A DNA stretch of 64,000 bases, taken from a virus. Position numbers and translations under genes: made by a program. The DNA is taken from the IMG/VR virus record IMGVR_UViG_3300025154_000049, positions 94,518 to 158,517 of that record; one strand, 5' to 3'. How positions within the stretch are numbered: position 1 is the first letter of the stretch; each line of letters opens with the position of its first letter. Positions 46,484 to 55,902 of this stretch are shown piece by piece. The notes beneath the pieces were generated by a model. It made no database searches and was not told where the DNA came from. It worked only from the letters and a program-made list of their open reading frames with translations.

Positions 46484-46785
46484 CTTACAAGTTCCCTCAT
46501 CATTACATATTTATCTATCTCTGCTAAGTATTGTTCTTTAGTTCTGTACTCTTTTATTATATCGTTATAGAATTTCTCATGATTAGTTGTATAAGAAGTT
46601 TGTAACCTATTACCAACTACAGTAAGAATCTTTCCTCTCTGTAAGTCATGAGAGTTACATACGAAAGAATAAGCGAAGGCTCCTTGGATAAATCCTTCAG
46701 TTTCCCAATACATAAAGGAACACTCGGGGGAATTATAATCAGTGTTAAGACACTTTGATATTTTAAAGTACCTTGACTTATTCAT
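46480..46785 (-). CDS. tag protein
   Basis: ends MMRELVS. Confidence 0.75.
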   Translation of the reverse strand: MNKSRYFKISKCLNTDYNSPECSFMYWETEGFIQGAFAYSFVCNSHDLQRGKILTVVGNRLQTSYTTNHEKFYNDIIKEYRTKEQYLAEIDKYVMMRELVS

Positions 46786-47042
46786 AGCGTTAATTCTTTC
46801 ATAGTTAATATTTTATCTATTTCTTCTGGGTCAAATATTATAGAGAGTACTTGGAAACCTCCATCATTTTTATCTCCAGAACATAGAACTCTTTTTAAAG
46901 CTTCTGTTAAATCCTCTTCATAACATTCATAGTCAAATCCATCATTCAGATAAGTACATCTTAATTGATTACCTTTCTGATAGTAGTAGTGTTCATTAAT
47001 CTTTCCACTCCTTCTTGTCTTTACTATGATTCTTTCTATCAT
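46782..47042 (-). CDS. tag protein
   Basis: ends TMKELTL. Confidence 0.75.
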   Translation of the reverse strand: MIERIIVKTRRSGKINEHYYYQKGNQLRCTYLNDGFDYECYEEDLTEALKRVLCSGDKNDGGFQVLSIIFDPEEIDKILTMKELTL

Positions 47043-47341
47043 GATACTAGCTCTTTCATCATAACATACTTTTCTATTTCTTGCAAGTACTCTTCTTCAG
47101 AATTATATTCTTCTAAGTAACTATGAACTGTAGTAGTTGTTCCGTAGGCTCCTCGTTCCACTAACTGTACTGCATCTATTGTTTCACATCTTTTAGCTAC
47201 TGTATGTGTACATTTACAATGAACTTGTCTTTCAAAATCATATACATAAAGTATATCCCCTATTATATAAATCATAGATATACCACCAGAACAATGCTTA
47301 TCTCTCCAAGACATTAGAGGTAACTTGTAATACTGAATCAT
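47039..47341 (-). CDS. tag protein
   Basis: ends MMKELVS. Confidence 0.75.
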   Translation of the reverse strand: MIQYYKLPLMSWRDKHCSGGISMIYIIGDILYVYDFERQVHCKCTHTVAKRCETIDAVQLVERGAYGTTTTVHSYLEEYNSEEEYLQEIEKYVMMKELVS

Positions 47342-47682
47342 TCTACAAGCTCCTTTAGCGTTCTATACTTAGTAAGACATCTCTGTAATCCTTTCTTGGT
47401 TCTGAATTCATATATGTTCCACTGTCGTACTCCTTCACTATAGGATAGACTGTCGGCTATGTCATCTACCCAATCCCACAACCAATCATGGCTTGTGTAA
47501 TCACATCCTTCTAGTATTAAGTCTTCCCCCAGATTATACCTTATATAATCTCCATATCCATCCTCATCTCGTTCTTGTACTTCGTAAGCAAAGAACCTAT
47601 CATCCACTTCTGGTATTAAGGGAACAGCAAGATAGAATCTATCGGGTCTTATGTTACATACAAGTTTCTCTATCTGTTTCAT
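47338..47682 (-). CDS. tag protein
   Basis: ends TLKELVE. Confidence 0.75.
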   Translation of the reverse strand: MKQIEKLVCNIRPDRFYLAVPLIPEVDDRFFAYEVQERDEDGYGDYIRYNLGEDLILEGCDYTSHDWLWDWVDDIADSLSYSEGVRQWNIYEFRTKKGLQRCLTKYRTLKELVE

Positions 47683-47945
47683 GATACGAGTTCCTGCATC
47701 ATTAAGTAATTATCAACCTCACAGTTTTCTATCTCGTAGAAAATATCTGGAAACAACATAACATCTTTATCTATAACAAGGTCATGGAATATTAACAGGT
47801 TCTTGTGTACCTCTGCTGTAGAAGATACTCCCCATCTTATAAACTTTAATACTGTATATTTAGGGTTACTGAGGCTAGTACCTAAAGGATAATATAGATA
47901 GTGCTTCCCTGTTATACACTTATAGGTTCTCTTTAGTTGATTCAT
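47679..47945 (-). CDS. tag protein
   Basis: ends MMQELVS. Confidence 0.75.
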   Translation of the reverse strand: MNQLKRTYKCITGKHYLYYPLGTSLSNPKYTVLKFIRWGVSSTAEVHKNLLIFHDLVIDKDVMLFPDIFYEIENCEVDNYLMMQELVS

Positions 47946-48238
47946 TCTACTAATTCCTCTATCATTAGTTCATTTTGAAACCGACCCCAAGTTATTTCTT
48001 CTATAGGATTACCCTTGCTTTTAATCCAGTTGAAGAATTCTAACTGAGTATTGTGTCTTGTTGTATACCATGATTTACTAACCTTGTCCCAAACTTCTAG
48101 TATGTACTTGTCTGGTTCTTTATAAGTAAGAATGTTATGTTTTCTATAATAAACATAAACAGTCTTATCTTCTGATTTTATAGACGGGTCGGTATAATTC
48201 CAGTTACGGAATTCTACTTTGAAATAAATATCTTTCAT
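47942..48238 (-). CDS. tag protein
   Basis: ends MIEELVE. Confidence 0.75.
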   Translation of the reverse strand: MKDIYFKVEFRNWNYTDPSIKSEDKTVYVYYRKHNILTYKEPDKYILEVWDKVSKSWYTTRHNTQLEFFNWIKSKGNPIEEITWGRFQNELMIEELVE

Positions 48239-48531
48239 TCAATAAGCTCCACCAAGGATGCTCTAAGACTTTCCAAATCAGATAGGCTATTGGACTCTGC
48301 TATTATAGTATGACCTCTGCTTTTTATGAACTCTGGAAAGAGTAAAATATAGTTCTTCTGTGCTATAGTCCAGTTGGCTATATCGTTATATCTGAAGTAG
48401 AAGTAAACGTCGTCATTAAATTCATTATTAACATCAGGAACTACTTTGTAGATAAAGTACAAAGGCTTAGTAGAGTGAAGTACACTCTTAACTAAACAAT
48501 AGAAAGATGGTCTTAAAGGTTTTGCTCTCAT
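48235..48531 (-). CDS. tag protein
   Basis: ends SLVELIE. Confidence 0.75.
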   Translation of the reverse strand: MRAKPLRPSFYCLVKSVLHSTKPLYFIYKVVPDVNNEFNDDVYFYFRYNDIANWTIAQKNYILLFPEFIKSRGHTIIAESNSLSDLESLRASLVELIE

Positions 48532-48764
48532 GATATTAATTCCTTCATTGCAAGGGAAGCTTCAAATTCTTCTGTAGGAATTTGTTCTATCTTATATTGG
48601 AAAGCCTCAGCTACTCTTATCATTTCAGCCTCATCTATGAAAGAAACAGTAGACCAACAATCTTTATAGTTACCATCATAATAGCTAATAAGATTATTGT
48701 CTCTTACTCTATAGATGTCATCCGTATTGTTATCTGTATTTGTAACTCTAAAATATTTAGTCAT
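48528..48764 (-). CDS. tag protein
   Basis: ends AMKELIS. Confidence 0.75.
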   Translation of the reverse strand: MTKYFRVTNTDNNTDDIYRVRDNNLISYYDGNYKDCWSTVSFIDEAEMIRVAEAFQYKIEQIPTEEFEASLAMKELIS

Positions 48765-49000
48765 AAAATAAGTTCTTCCATTATTAAGGTTGCTTCAAAT
48801 TCATCTGAGGTAAGTTCGGTTAAGATATAACTTTCTGGATATCTACTAGCACAGTCTATACAAGAGTCTGCGTTAAGTATGGAGGTTCTATCCCACCAGC
48901 CTCTTTTCTTATTATATATCTGTGCTTTATCATTGTCAACACATTTATAATAATCTGTTACATTTGTATACTTCTTATAAACTTTAAAGTATCTTATCAC
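48761..49000 (-). CDS. tag protein
   Basis: ends IMEELIL. Confidence 0.75.
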   Translation of the reverse strand: MIRYFKVYKKYTNVTDYYKCVDNDKAQIYNKKRGWWDRTSILNADSCIDCASRYPESYILTELTSDEFEATLIMEELIL

Positions 49001-49314
49001 TTAGTTAATTCCTCCATGAATAAGAACTTATCTAATTCCTCTTCGGAGTCTAATTCCCAGAGAGACATATCGTGAGACAGATAATTCCATGTAACAAACC
49101 ACTTATGTAAATCCATCCGAAGAGTAGAATCTGTAGCTTCAGAAGTATGCCATATCTTTCTATTCCTAGTACTGGTAAGCTTCTTATAATTGAAGTTACC
49201 TATAGGAATAAACACATGTAAGTTCTCAGTAATAAAAGTTTCTCCAAGATGTACTACGTATATCTTATCATGTTCTATTTTAAAAGTATGGTGTATGTTG
49301 CCTAAGTTTCTCAT
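48997..49314 (-). CDS. tag protein
   Basis: ends FMEELTK. Confidence 0.75.
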   Translation of the reverse strand: MRNLGNIHHTFKIEHDKIYVVHLGETFITENLHVFIPIGNFNYKKLTSTRNRKIWHTSEATDSTLRMDLHKWFVTWNYLSHDMSLWELDSEEELDKFLFMEELTK

Positions 49315-49565
49315 GCCACTAACTCACTCATCATTCTTACAGACCTTCTGTAGTCGTTGACAGTTTCAAAGTCTACTTCTTTATAGGAATCTCCTATAAA
49401 TTGAATAAGAGATTCTTCACTCTTGAAATGTAAATCATTAACTGCATTGTTTGTTTTCCACATGTGGTTTTCAAAATAGTTATATTCAGCAAACCACGTA
49501 TTAATTTGTTTGTAGCAGTAAGTAGTTATGTAAGATTTATTATCTGGATTAATATAATATCTCAA
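49311..49565 (-). CDS. tag protein
   Basis: ends MMSELVA. Confidence 0.75.
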   Translation of the reverse strand: MRYYINPDNKSYITTYCYKQINTWFAEYNYFENHMWKTNNAVNDLHFKSEESLIQFIGDSYKEVDFETVNDYRRSVRMMSELVA

Positions 49566-49918
49566 GACACTAACTCCTCTATCATTCTCTCAGAGAGATA
49601 TTCTTTTTCGTCTAAGAGATATATTTTTCTGAACATATATTCATAATAAGACCTGTTAGATGTTCTTAGGTCAGCATTTATTAGATTACATATATCAGCA
49701 TGGAAGTTGATATTGTATAGTAGTTCTAGGAACTGGTCTATCTCTTTCGCACTAGAAGTTCTAAAGTCTATGTATACTTTCTTCTGTCTGTTGAAAGTAC
49801 TTGTTATGACCCAGTATCTTTTTATACTCCAAAAGAACCATCTTATTATAAAATGATTATGCTTTTTAAATACTGAAAAGATATTAAAGATACTTGACCT
49901 GTTACCTACTTCTATCAT
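49562..49918 (-). CDS. tag protein
   Basis: ends MIEELVS. Confidence 0.75.
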   Translation of the reverse strand: MIEVGNRSSIFNIFSVFKKHNHFIIRWFFWSIKRYWVITSTFNRQKKVYIDFRTSSAKEIDQFLELLYNINFHADICNLINADLRTSNRSYYEYMFRKIYLLDEKEYLSERMIEELVS

Positions 49919-50208
49919 GACACTAATTCTTTCATTACTGAGTATTTACTTATTTCTTTTAGATACTCTTCCTCTGTTTCATATATTTCCAGTATTGGGA
50001 AATTAAAGGTTCTATTAGTTCTCGACAACCAAACATGTAGACAGTCTCCTTTTATGTAGGAACAAGTCTGTCTTATCTTAGAACATCTATGCTCTCCTTT
50101 TACAAAGTTATAACCACGGTCTTGGTCTCCGTCCAGAGTTATAAAAGAAACTCCCGCAGAAGTAAAATGTTTATTAGGGAGTCCTTGCATTTTTAAATAC
50201 ATCTTCAT
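49915..50208 (-). CDS. tag protein
   Basis: ends VMKELVS. Confidence 0.75.
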   Translation of the reverse strand: MKMYLKMQGLPNKHFTSAGVSFITLDGDQDRGYNFVKGEHRCSKIRQTCSYIKGDCLHVWLSRTNRTFNFPILEIYETEEEYLKEISKYSVMKELVS

Positions 50209-50450
50209 CCGACAAGTTCCTGCATAAATAAAAAGTTATCAAGTTCTTCTTTAGTTACTTCTTTTATACCTAAGAATCTTTTATCATGTTGAGCACCTCC
50301 CAGATACCAATCCGTCGTTACCCATTCTTTGGATTTAACCATGAGTTCTTTCCATCTCCAGTATCTCTTATGAACTCCTATTTTAAAGTATCTATATCTA
50401 GGGGTACTTCTATACCCATCAAACAATGTTAGATAATAACGGTACTTCAT
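50205..50450 (-). CDS. tag protein
   Basis: ends FMQELVG; start moved to the ATGA overlap. Confidence 0.75.
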   Translation of the reverse strand: MKYRYYLTLFDGYRSTPRYRYFKIGVHKRYWRWKELMVKSKEWVTTDWYLGGAQHDKRFLGIKEVTKEELDNFLFMQELVG

Positions 50451-50638
50451 TCGACAAGTTCCTGCATAGTTATATATCTTAAGGCTTTCTCTCCTGAAAT
50501 TATATGACCAGCCACTCCGCCTACGGACAAGTTCCACTCTCCATTATACCAGTACTCTAATCTTTTTTCAATATAATCGTACCGATATATTAAGGGATTG
50601 TAAAATTCTTCTGTAGATATATGATACTGATATCTCAT
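50447..50638 (-). CDS. tag protein
   Basis: ends TMQELVE; start moved. Confidence 0.75.
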   Translation of the reverse strand: MRYQYHISTEEFYNPLIYRYDYIEKRLEYWYNGEWNLSVGGVAGHIISGEKALRYITMQELVE

Positions 50639-50880
50639 GCTATTAATTCCTTCATACAAAGATAAGCATCTATTTCTTCTGGGTCAGTAATTAAAGTACA
50701 ACTTCTACCATAATCTTTAAAATAAGATAGGTCTTCCAATTTAGCACTAGGATTATAGTAGGAGAAGATAAGCTTCTTACCTCCTATATAATAGTATTCT
50801 ATCTTATTATCCCAACCATAAAAGAATAAAGTAGATTTGGTATCTGTTGAATTAATAACTAAAAGTCTACTTAGAGTCAT
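50635..50880 (-). CDS. tag protein
   Basis: ends CMKELIA. Confidence 0.75.
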   Translation of the reverse strand: MTLSRLLVINSTDTKSTLFFYGWDNKIEYYYIGGKKLIFSYYNPSAKLEDLSYFKDYGRSCTLITDPEEIDAYLCMKELIA

Positions 50881-51203
50881 ACTGTTAGTTCCTTCATGAA
50901 TTCTAAGGTGCCATAGTCTTCTGCTTCTGCCAGTACTTCGTAACCGTACTCAAGAAAATATTGTTCTGGTTTAAGTCCTAACCTTCTAGGTAACGTAAGC
51001 CAACCATAATCTTTCCTATGAATGTCATAGTAATAATTATAAGTGCCGTCTCCGTTTAGTCCAAGAGTTAATCTACATATAGATATATCTAAGTTATTTT
51101 TAATATACTTATAACTGTCCTTGACAAGATAGAATCTCTTACCAGATTCTTCATAAGCTTTTAGCTTTCCTTGTTCATCTTCTGCTATAAAAACTTTCTT
51201 CAT
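50877..51203 (-). CDS. tag protein
   Basis: ends FMKELTV. Confidence 0.75.
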   Translation of the reverse strand: MKKVFIAEDEQGKLKAYEESGKRFYLVKDSYKYIKNNLDISICRLTLGLNGDGTYNYYYDIHRKDYGWLTLPRRLGLKPEQYFLEYGYEVLAEAEDYGTLEFMKELTV

Positions 51204-51213
51204 ATCAACCTTC

Positions 51214-51462
51214 TTAAGATATTAATTCATTTAAGTATACTAACTTCTGATATTCTTCCATAGACTCTAGCTTATAAATATCATACGTGTCAAACAGAAC
51301 GCTTACTTTTTCTGGAGTGTCGGATAAGTGTGCAAATTGCCAAACAGTGTACTTATCTAAAAACCTATGCTGTTCTTTCCTTTTATGAAACACGTAGAAG
51401 ATAGGACTGTCCGTACAAGTTACAGCTTCAGATAATGATTCCATGTTATCTAATTGTATCAT
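51214..51462 (-). CDS. tag protein
   Basis: ends YLNELIS; start moved. Confidence 0.75.
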   Translation of the reverse strand: MIQLDNMESLSEAVTCTDSPIFYVFHKRKEQHRFLDKYTVWQFAHLSDTPEKVSVLFDTYDIYKLESMEEYQKLVYLNELIS

Positions 51463-51707
51463 CCGATGAGTTCCTTCATACACTTAAGCTTTGTCTTCTC
51501 TTCCTCAGACTCTATCTCGTAGATATCATATATGTCAAAGAATCCAGAGTAGCCTTGAAGGAATGTACCCATGCCATCTGTCAGTCTGTAAGAAGTCCAT
51601 TTCATTATTCTCTTCTTATTAGTTATGCTTATCCAATTGTCTTTCTTCCTGACAGTGTAGTAGTGTTTCTTATATTTGATATCAGCCTTATTAAATATTT
51701 GTATCAT
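51459..51707 (-). CDS. tag protein
   Basis: ends CMKELIG. Confidence 0.75.
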   Translation of the reverse strand: MIQIFNKADIKYKKHYYTVRKKDNWISITNKKRIMKWTSYRLTDGMGTFLQGYSGFFDIYDIYEIESEEEKTKLKCMKELIG

Positions 51708-52033
51708 GTTGTAAGTTCCTTTACATACTTGAGAGTATTAAGAAATCTTTTAACTGCTCTAAGGGATTTAAACTCGTAGATAGAATTCCAATTCTCTATC
51801 GTAAGATGATATCTGTCGTAAATCTGACCAGACCAGTTCCTGAAAGTATCGAAGCTTTCCTTACAATAGTATGTATAGATGTTTAAATCTAAAGTAATTT
51901 CATTACAAATAAAAGTACGTTCTCCAACCTTATGATACAACTCTCCAGCAGAAGAATATCCCTCTGGGTTATTTCTTAGTACCAGATATAACCTGTCCTC
52001 TTTAATATTAATCTTAGGAATAAACTCTTTCAC
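51704..52033 (-). CDS. tag protein
   Basis: ends YVKELTT. Confidence 0.75.
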   Translation of the reverse strand: MKEFIPKINIKEDRLYLVLRNNPEGYSSAGELYHKVGERTFICNEITLDLNIYTYYCKESFDTFRNWSGQIYDRYHLTIENWNSIYEFKSLRAVKRFLNTLKYVKELTT

Positions 52034-52338
52034 GATATTAACTCCAGCATACTGTCTAATGAATCTCTCACTTCATCAACTTCTTTCGTACTATCTATTT
52101 CGTATATAGAATAGTCTCCATGTCCATAGTTCTTTCCATGATTGAATAAATGTAACAGTTGACTATCGTTGAACTTATGACGATTGTTATTCACTGGTGT
52201 GTTAGCATGCCATACGAGATAATGTAAGAATGTTCTTATTACATTAGTAGGCTTATATCCTTTATAAGAACGATAAGTATACACATATACTTTATCTCTG
52301 TTCAGTTCTTTTATAGGTAATTCTAATAATCTTATCAT
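52030..52338 (-). CDS. tag protein
   Basis: ends SMLELIS; start moved. Confidence 0.75.
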   Translation of the reverse strand: MIRLLELPIKELNRDKVYVYTYRSYKGYKPTNVIRTFLHYLVWHANTPVNNNRHKFNDSQLLHLFNHGKNYGHGDYSIYEIDSTKEVDEVRDSLDSMLELIS

Positions 52339-52571
52339 GATACTAATTCTTTCATCATTATAATAGTATTTGCTTCCTCCTCTGTTATCTCTACCATAGT
52401 ATCCCTCCATATATTAATGCTACTAAGGCTCTCCACATTAGGGAAATGGGTTTCTCTCCACCTTACCTCCCCCTCTATTTTCTCACAAACTTCTACATTT
52501 CTGATTCCTCCCGAGTTCCATCTAAAGAATCCAAAAGGGAAAGTTATATTTGATTTAAAATATCTTACCAT
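52335..52571 (-). CDS. tag protein
   Basis: ends MMKELVS. Confidence 0.75.
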   Translation of the reverse strand: MVRYFKSNITFPFGFFRWNSGGIRNVEVCEKIEGEVRWRETHFPNVESLSSINIWRDTMVEITEEEANTIIMMKELVS

Positions 52572-52861
52572 GATACTAATTCTACCATAAACTCTTTTGT
52601 TTGTCTAGCCACAGTTTCTTTTTCTATTACATCAGCTATAGCACTCGTGATAGCTTTAGGAAGACTATCTCTATGACTCTGTTCCATTCTGGGACTGTAG
52701 TATAATCTATCCCAACTACGTACTTCATTGAACAAGTACTCCATAGTGTAAGTACCTTTTCTTCTATCGACAAGTCTTAAGTTGTGTACTCTCAGTTCGT
52801 TACCTTTATTAAATAGATAATACCTACTCGTCTCGGCTATAAGATTGTATTCGTTTGACAT
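52565..52861 (-). CDS. tag protein
   Basis: ends FMVELVSW. Confidence 0.75.
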   Translation of the reverse strand: MSNEYNLIAETSRYYLFNKGNELRVHNLRLVDRRKGTYTMEYLFNEVRSWDRLYYSPRMEQSHRDSLPKAITSAIADVIEKETVARQTKEFMVELVSW

Positions 52862-52870
52862 AGTAATCTC

Positions 52871-53506
52871 CTAGCTAACTTTAGATAAGTATCTTATATG
52901 GAACTTCTGGATGTTATATCCTCCAGCATAGATAGCTTGAGTTACCAGAGTTCTTTCTAATCCAAAGGGTTTCTTAATCTTAAATGTTCCTACCAAGTTT
53001 CCTTTACTTAATGCTATGTCGACAGTTTGTACTTCATTTATTTCTACACCGTCGAAATGTTTAAGAGCGGACTGAAGTAACTTGTATCTTGAATTAAGTA
53101 TTGATTCGGTAACAGTCATGTCAATAAATCTATCAAGTTGTTTTCTGTTATGTGCTTCTATTAATTCTTTGTTAGGCTCCCCATAGCAACCATGAGTTCT
53201 TCTTCCGTCATGCTTCTTTATACCTAGTTGTTGTAAAGTATACCAACATGATTTATAGAACTCTTTATTGAAATGACTTATCTTTAATTGTAGCAATTGA
53301 AAATCATGCGGGGAATAATACTCAGAAGTATTTAAGAACTCTCTGTACTTTAATTCCCAGTAAGCTTTTATGTCTTGAGCCATCTCATCTTCTTTAACTT
53401 TAAAAGAAGAAGTCATCTTCTCGATAAGCTCTTCGTTCAATTGTTTCTTAGTCTTATCTATTTTATTAGAAAGCTTTTCATTGTTTCTTCTTATATCGTC
53501 TAACAT
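52871..53506 (-). CDS. hypothetical protein leading the 30-gene tag operon
   Basis: First gene after the 53539 promoter; C-terminal IYAGGYNIQKFHIRYL; no tag. Confidence 0.7.
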   Translation of the reverse strand: MLDDIRRNNEKLSNKIDKTKKQLNEELIEKMTSSFKVKEDEMAQDIKAYWELKYREFLNTSEYYSPHDFQLLQLKISHFNKEFYKSCWYTLQQLGIKKHDGRRTHGCYGEPNKELIEAHNRKQLDRFIDMTVTESILNSRYKLLQSALKHFDGVEINEVQTVDIALSKGNLVGTFKIKKPFGLERTLVTQAIYAGGYNIQKFHIRYLSKVS

Positions 53507-53538
53507 AATAAACTCCTATCGCTTAACCTCATAATATA

Positions 53539-53591
53539 AATATATCATGAATGCAGTAGGAGTTCAAGTGCATAGATTAATCTTTGTTACA
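53539..53591 (-). promoter_or_regulatory. sigma70 promoter plus operator
   Basis: TTGAAC-17-TATATT; TGTAAC half-site in phase. Confidence 0.7.
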
Positions 53592-53831
53592 TTAGTTTAC
53601 AAGTTCTTGTATAGTAAGTATTCTAGTTATCTCATCTTCATCTGTTATTATTTTGAGACCCACAGGAAATTCATCTATTATATCTTCTAGGCTTAAACCC
53701 ATAGTATGTATAGGACATAAGTATTCTTTCTTGTCATTTAAATATCTATAATGAATATTACTCTCACCATAAAAGTATAAACGAGAAAGAGCAGGGTTAT
53801 AAGGAATATCTACTATAAGTCTTTCAAGCAT
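53592..53831 (-). CDS. tag protein
   Basis: ends TIQELVN. Confidence 0.75.
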   Translation of the reverse strand: MLERLIVDIPYNPALSRLYFYGESNIHYRYLNDKKEYLCPIHTMGLSLEDIIDEFPVGLKIITDEDEITRILTIQELVN

Positions 53832-54091
53832 TAGTTTACTAACTCCTTCAAGACAAGAGCACCGTTGAATTCGTCCTCAGTTAGTTCTTCTACTATGTTT
53901 AATTTATCATATAAGTCCTGTATGTAATCACAGTAGGCTCCAGTATACTTATCGTAATGTTGAAATAAAACATATCCTTTGGGAACAGCTAACTGATGAG
54001 GACAGAATTTAACATACTCGAAAAGATTAGACGGGGTTATAAACTTAAAGTATCTGGGTTTAGTATATTCAAGATACCAATCTAAACTCAT
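53831..54091 (-). CDS. tag protein
   Basis: ends VLKELVN. Confidence 0.75.
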   Translation of the reverse strand: MSLDWYLEYTKPRYFKFITPSNLFEYVKFCPHQLAVPKGYVLFQHYDKYTGAYCDYIQDLYDKLNIVEELTEDEFNGALVLKELVN

Positions 54092-54318
54092 CCTTTTATT
54101 CTTTCCGCCAGTTCTATTATCTCTTTATTAAATTCGTTCTTACATTCTCCAGAACAGATATGGAGTTTGGCTCTGCTTATATGGAAAGTTATCCAGTCGT
54201 TATCTTTAATAGTATCTATTATATCTTGAGGGCATGGCTCGTGAGGAGTCTCTATGTGTTTACCACACTGGTCGCAATAGATTCTATACAGATATTCGTC
54301 ATCGTCAAAAACTATCAT
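54088..54318 (-). CDS. Zn-finger protein
   Basis: CDQCG..HICSGEC. Confidence 0.65.
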   Translation of the reverse strand: MIVFDDDEYLYRIYCDQCGKHIETPHEPCPQDIIDTIKDNDWITFHISRAKLHICSGECKNEFNKEIIELAERIKG

Positions 54319-54463
54319 AGTTATATTTGTCCCATCTTCTTCAGGTTCTCGTCAGACTGTCTCTTGTCTTTAAGTCCCGTTCCTATAAACACTTGTGCTC
54401 CATAGGTTTCATCGTAGCCTATGAATAGCAATTCTCTTTTCTTTAAGTCTTCTTGTTTTGACA

Positions 54464-54733
54464 TTAGTTTATTAACTCCTTCATGCACTTGTATATCTCT
54501 GCTTCTTCTTCAGTAACCTTCTGGAATTCCTTTGGATTATTTGTACAACCGTGGTCTAACAGTTCTCTTAATTCCACTTCTGACACATCACTCCACATAG
54601 TAACAGAGAATCCGTTGAAGTAGAATTGTTTCTTGGTAGCTACATCTCTTATCGCCCATGCTCCTCTACGACAATCGTGGAACAACTCGTCATAATAAAC
54701 TTCTACTATACTATCGTTAATCTTATAGTACAT
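54464..54733 (-). CDS. tag protein
   Basis: ends CMKELIN. Confidence 0.75.
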   Translation of the reverse strand: MYYKINDSIVEVYYDELFHDCRRGAWAIRDVATKKQFYFNGFSVTMWSDVSEVELRELLDHGCTNNPKEFQKVTEEEAEIYKCMKELIN

Positions 54734-55260
54734 TAGTTTACCAACTCCTGTAGCATTATGATTGAATCTATCTTGTCTTCTGAGTTCAACATCTCTTTTA
54801 CTTCCTCAGTTATATCTTCATCGTTAAGGAACTTCTCCAATGAATTATAGTAATAGAATCTTAAGTTGTCGTATAGATTACTACGTATCCTAGAAATTAT
54901 AAAAGCATCATTAGAGTTGGGGTAACTATAGTAATCAGAATCATCACCAGATACAATATTAAATCCTCCTGATTTAGAAAAGGTTATCTTCCACACTTTA
55001 CCTCCTTTCCAATAAGAACCTTCTTTGTGTATTACAGAAAAAGTTTCATTTGTATTATAAAGTTCTTTAATCTTATTATAGCATATTATTACTAAAGCAT
55101 CAAGTAGTTTGTAACTAAATCTTATCTTATTAGCTTCTTCTTTTATTAACTCAGGATTATCAATCGCATCTTTAAGCATACCTCGTAGAGAACTATGGCT
55201 TCTACAGTTCTCTTCTATTAAAAGTATATCTGCTATTACTTCTGAGTTAGTGTAATTCAT
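54733..55260 (-). CDS. tag protein
   Basis: ends MLQELVN. Confidence 0.75.
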   Translation of the reverse strand: MNYTNSEVIADILLIEENCRSHSSLRGMLKDAIDNPELIKEEANKIRFSYKLLDALVIICYNKIKELYNTNETFSVIHKEGSYWKGGKVWKITFSKSGGFNIVSGDDSDYYSYPNSNDAFIISRIRSNLYDNLRFYYYNSLEKFLNDEDITEEVKEMLNSEDKIDSIIMLQELVN

Positions 55261-55726
55261 TAACAGTTCCTAGTTTCCATATTAAATATTTTCTATATTG
55301 ATTTATAGTTTCTTGTAGAGGTAAGACCGTATTAGTTTCAACAGTACATTTATATTCTTTACTGTATCTGAAAGGAGCTTTGTCTGGAACTTTTAAAGTA
55401 GAGTCTCCCAGCTTACTTAGTTCTCCTAAGATATACTGGTACTTTAATTTAGTAGGGTCTTTTAGTTTAACAGTATCTTTGCAGTGGGATAGTAATCTTA
55501 GTCCGTACTTATTAATCCACTGTGGATTTTCTTTTATGAACTTTTGAAACTCCTTACCTTGAGGAATCTTTTTGTCCAGTAAACTATCTAATTCTTTACC
55601 ACCTAAGACTGAACTTATCATCTGACAGAGTTCTTTTAACATGGTATGACAATAAGCAGGTTTCATATTATTTATAAGTATCTCCGCAGATTCTACGGGG
55701 AACTCAGATAAAATATATAATTGCAT
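55247..55726 (-). CDS. pyrimidine-dimer DNA glycosylase (DenV)-like
   Basis: MQLYILSEFPVESA..KELCQMIS..QYRKY pattern. Confidence 0.5.
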   Translation of the reverse strand: MQLYILSEFPVESAEILINNMKPAYCHTMLKELCQMISSVLGGKELDSLLDKKIPQGKEFQKFIKENPQWINKYGLRLLSHCKDTVKLKDPTKLKYQYILGELSKLGDSTLKVPDKAPFRYSKEYKCTVETNTVLPLQETINQYRKYLIWKLGTVNELH

Positions 55727-55902
55727 ATTTACTTTCCTTAACGATACGTTCTTATAGACTTTGGTACAGATAATTTATCCCTTAATGATTCAATAACTAA
55801 AAATTCTTGTTTAGTGTACTCTCTTCGAGATACCGTTCTATTTAAAAGAATTTCAATAAATAGTTTTTCTTCTGGATTTAAAACCATATTCATCATCTCT
55901 CC

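Noticed and set aside
44151-52861. Integron cassette array or DGR
   Set aside because: Genes overlap, leaving no room for attC sites; no integrase, reverse transcriptase or TR/VR pair seen in this window.
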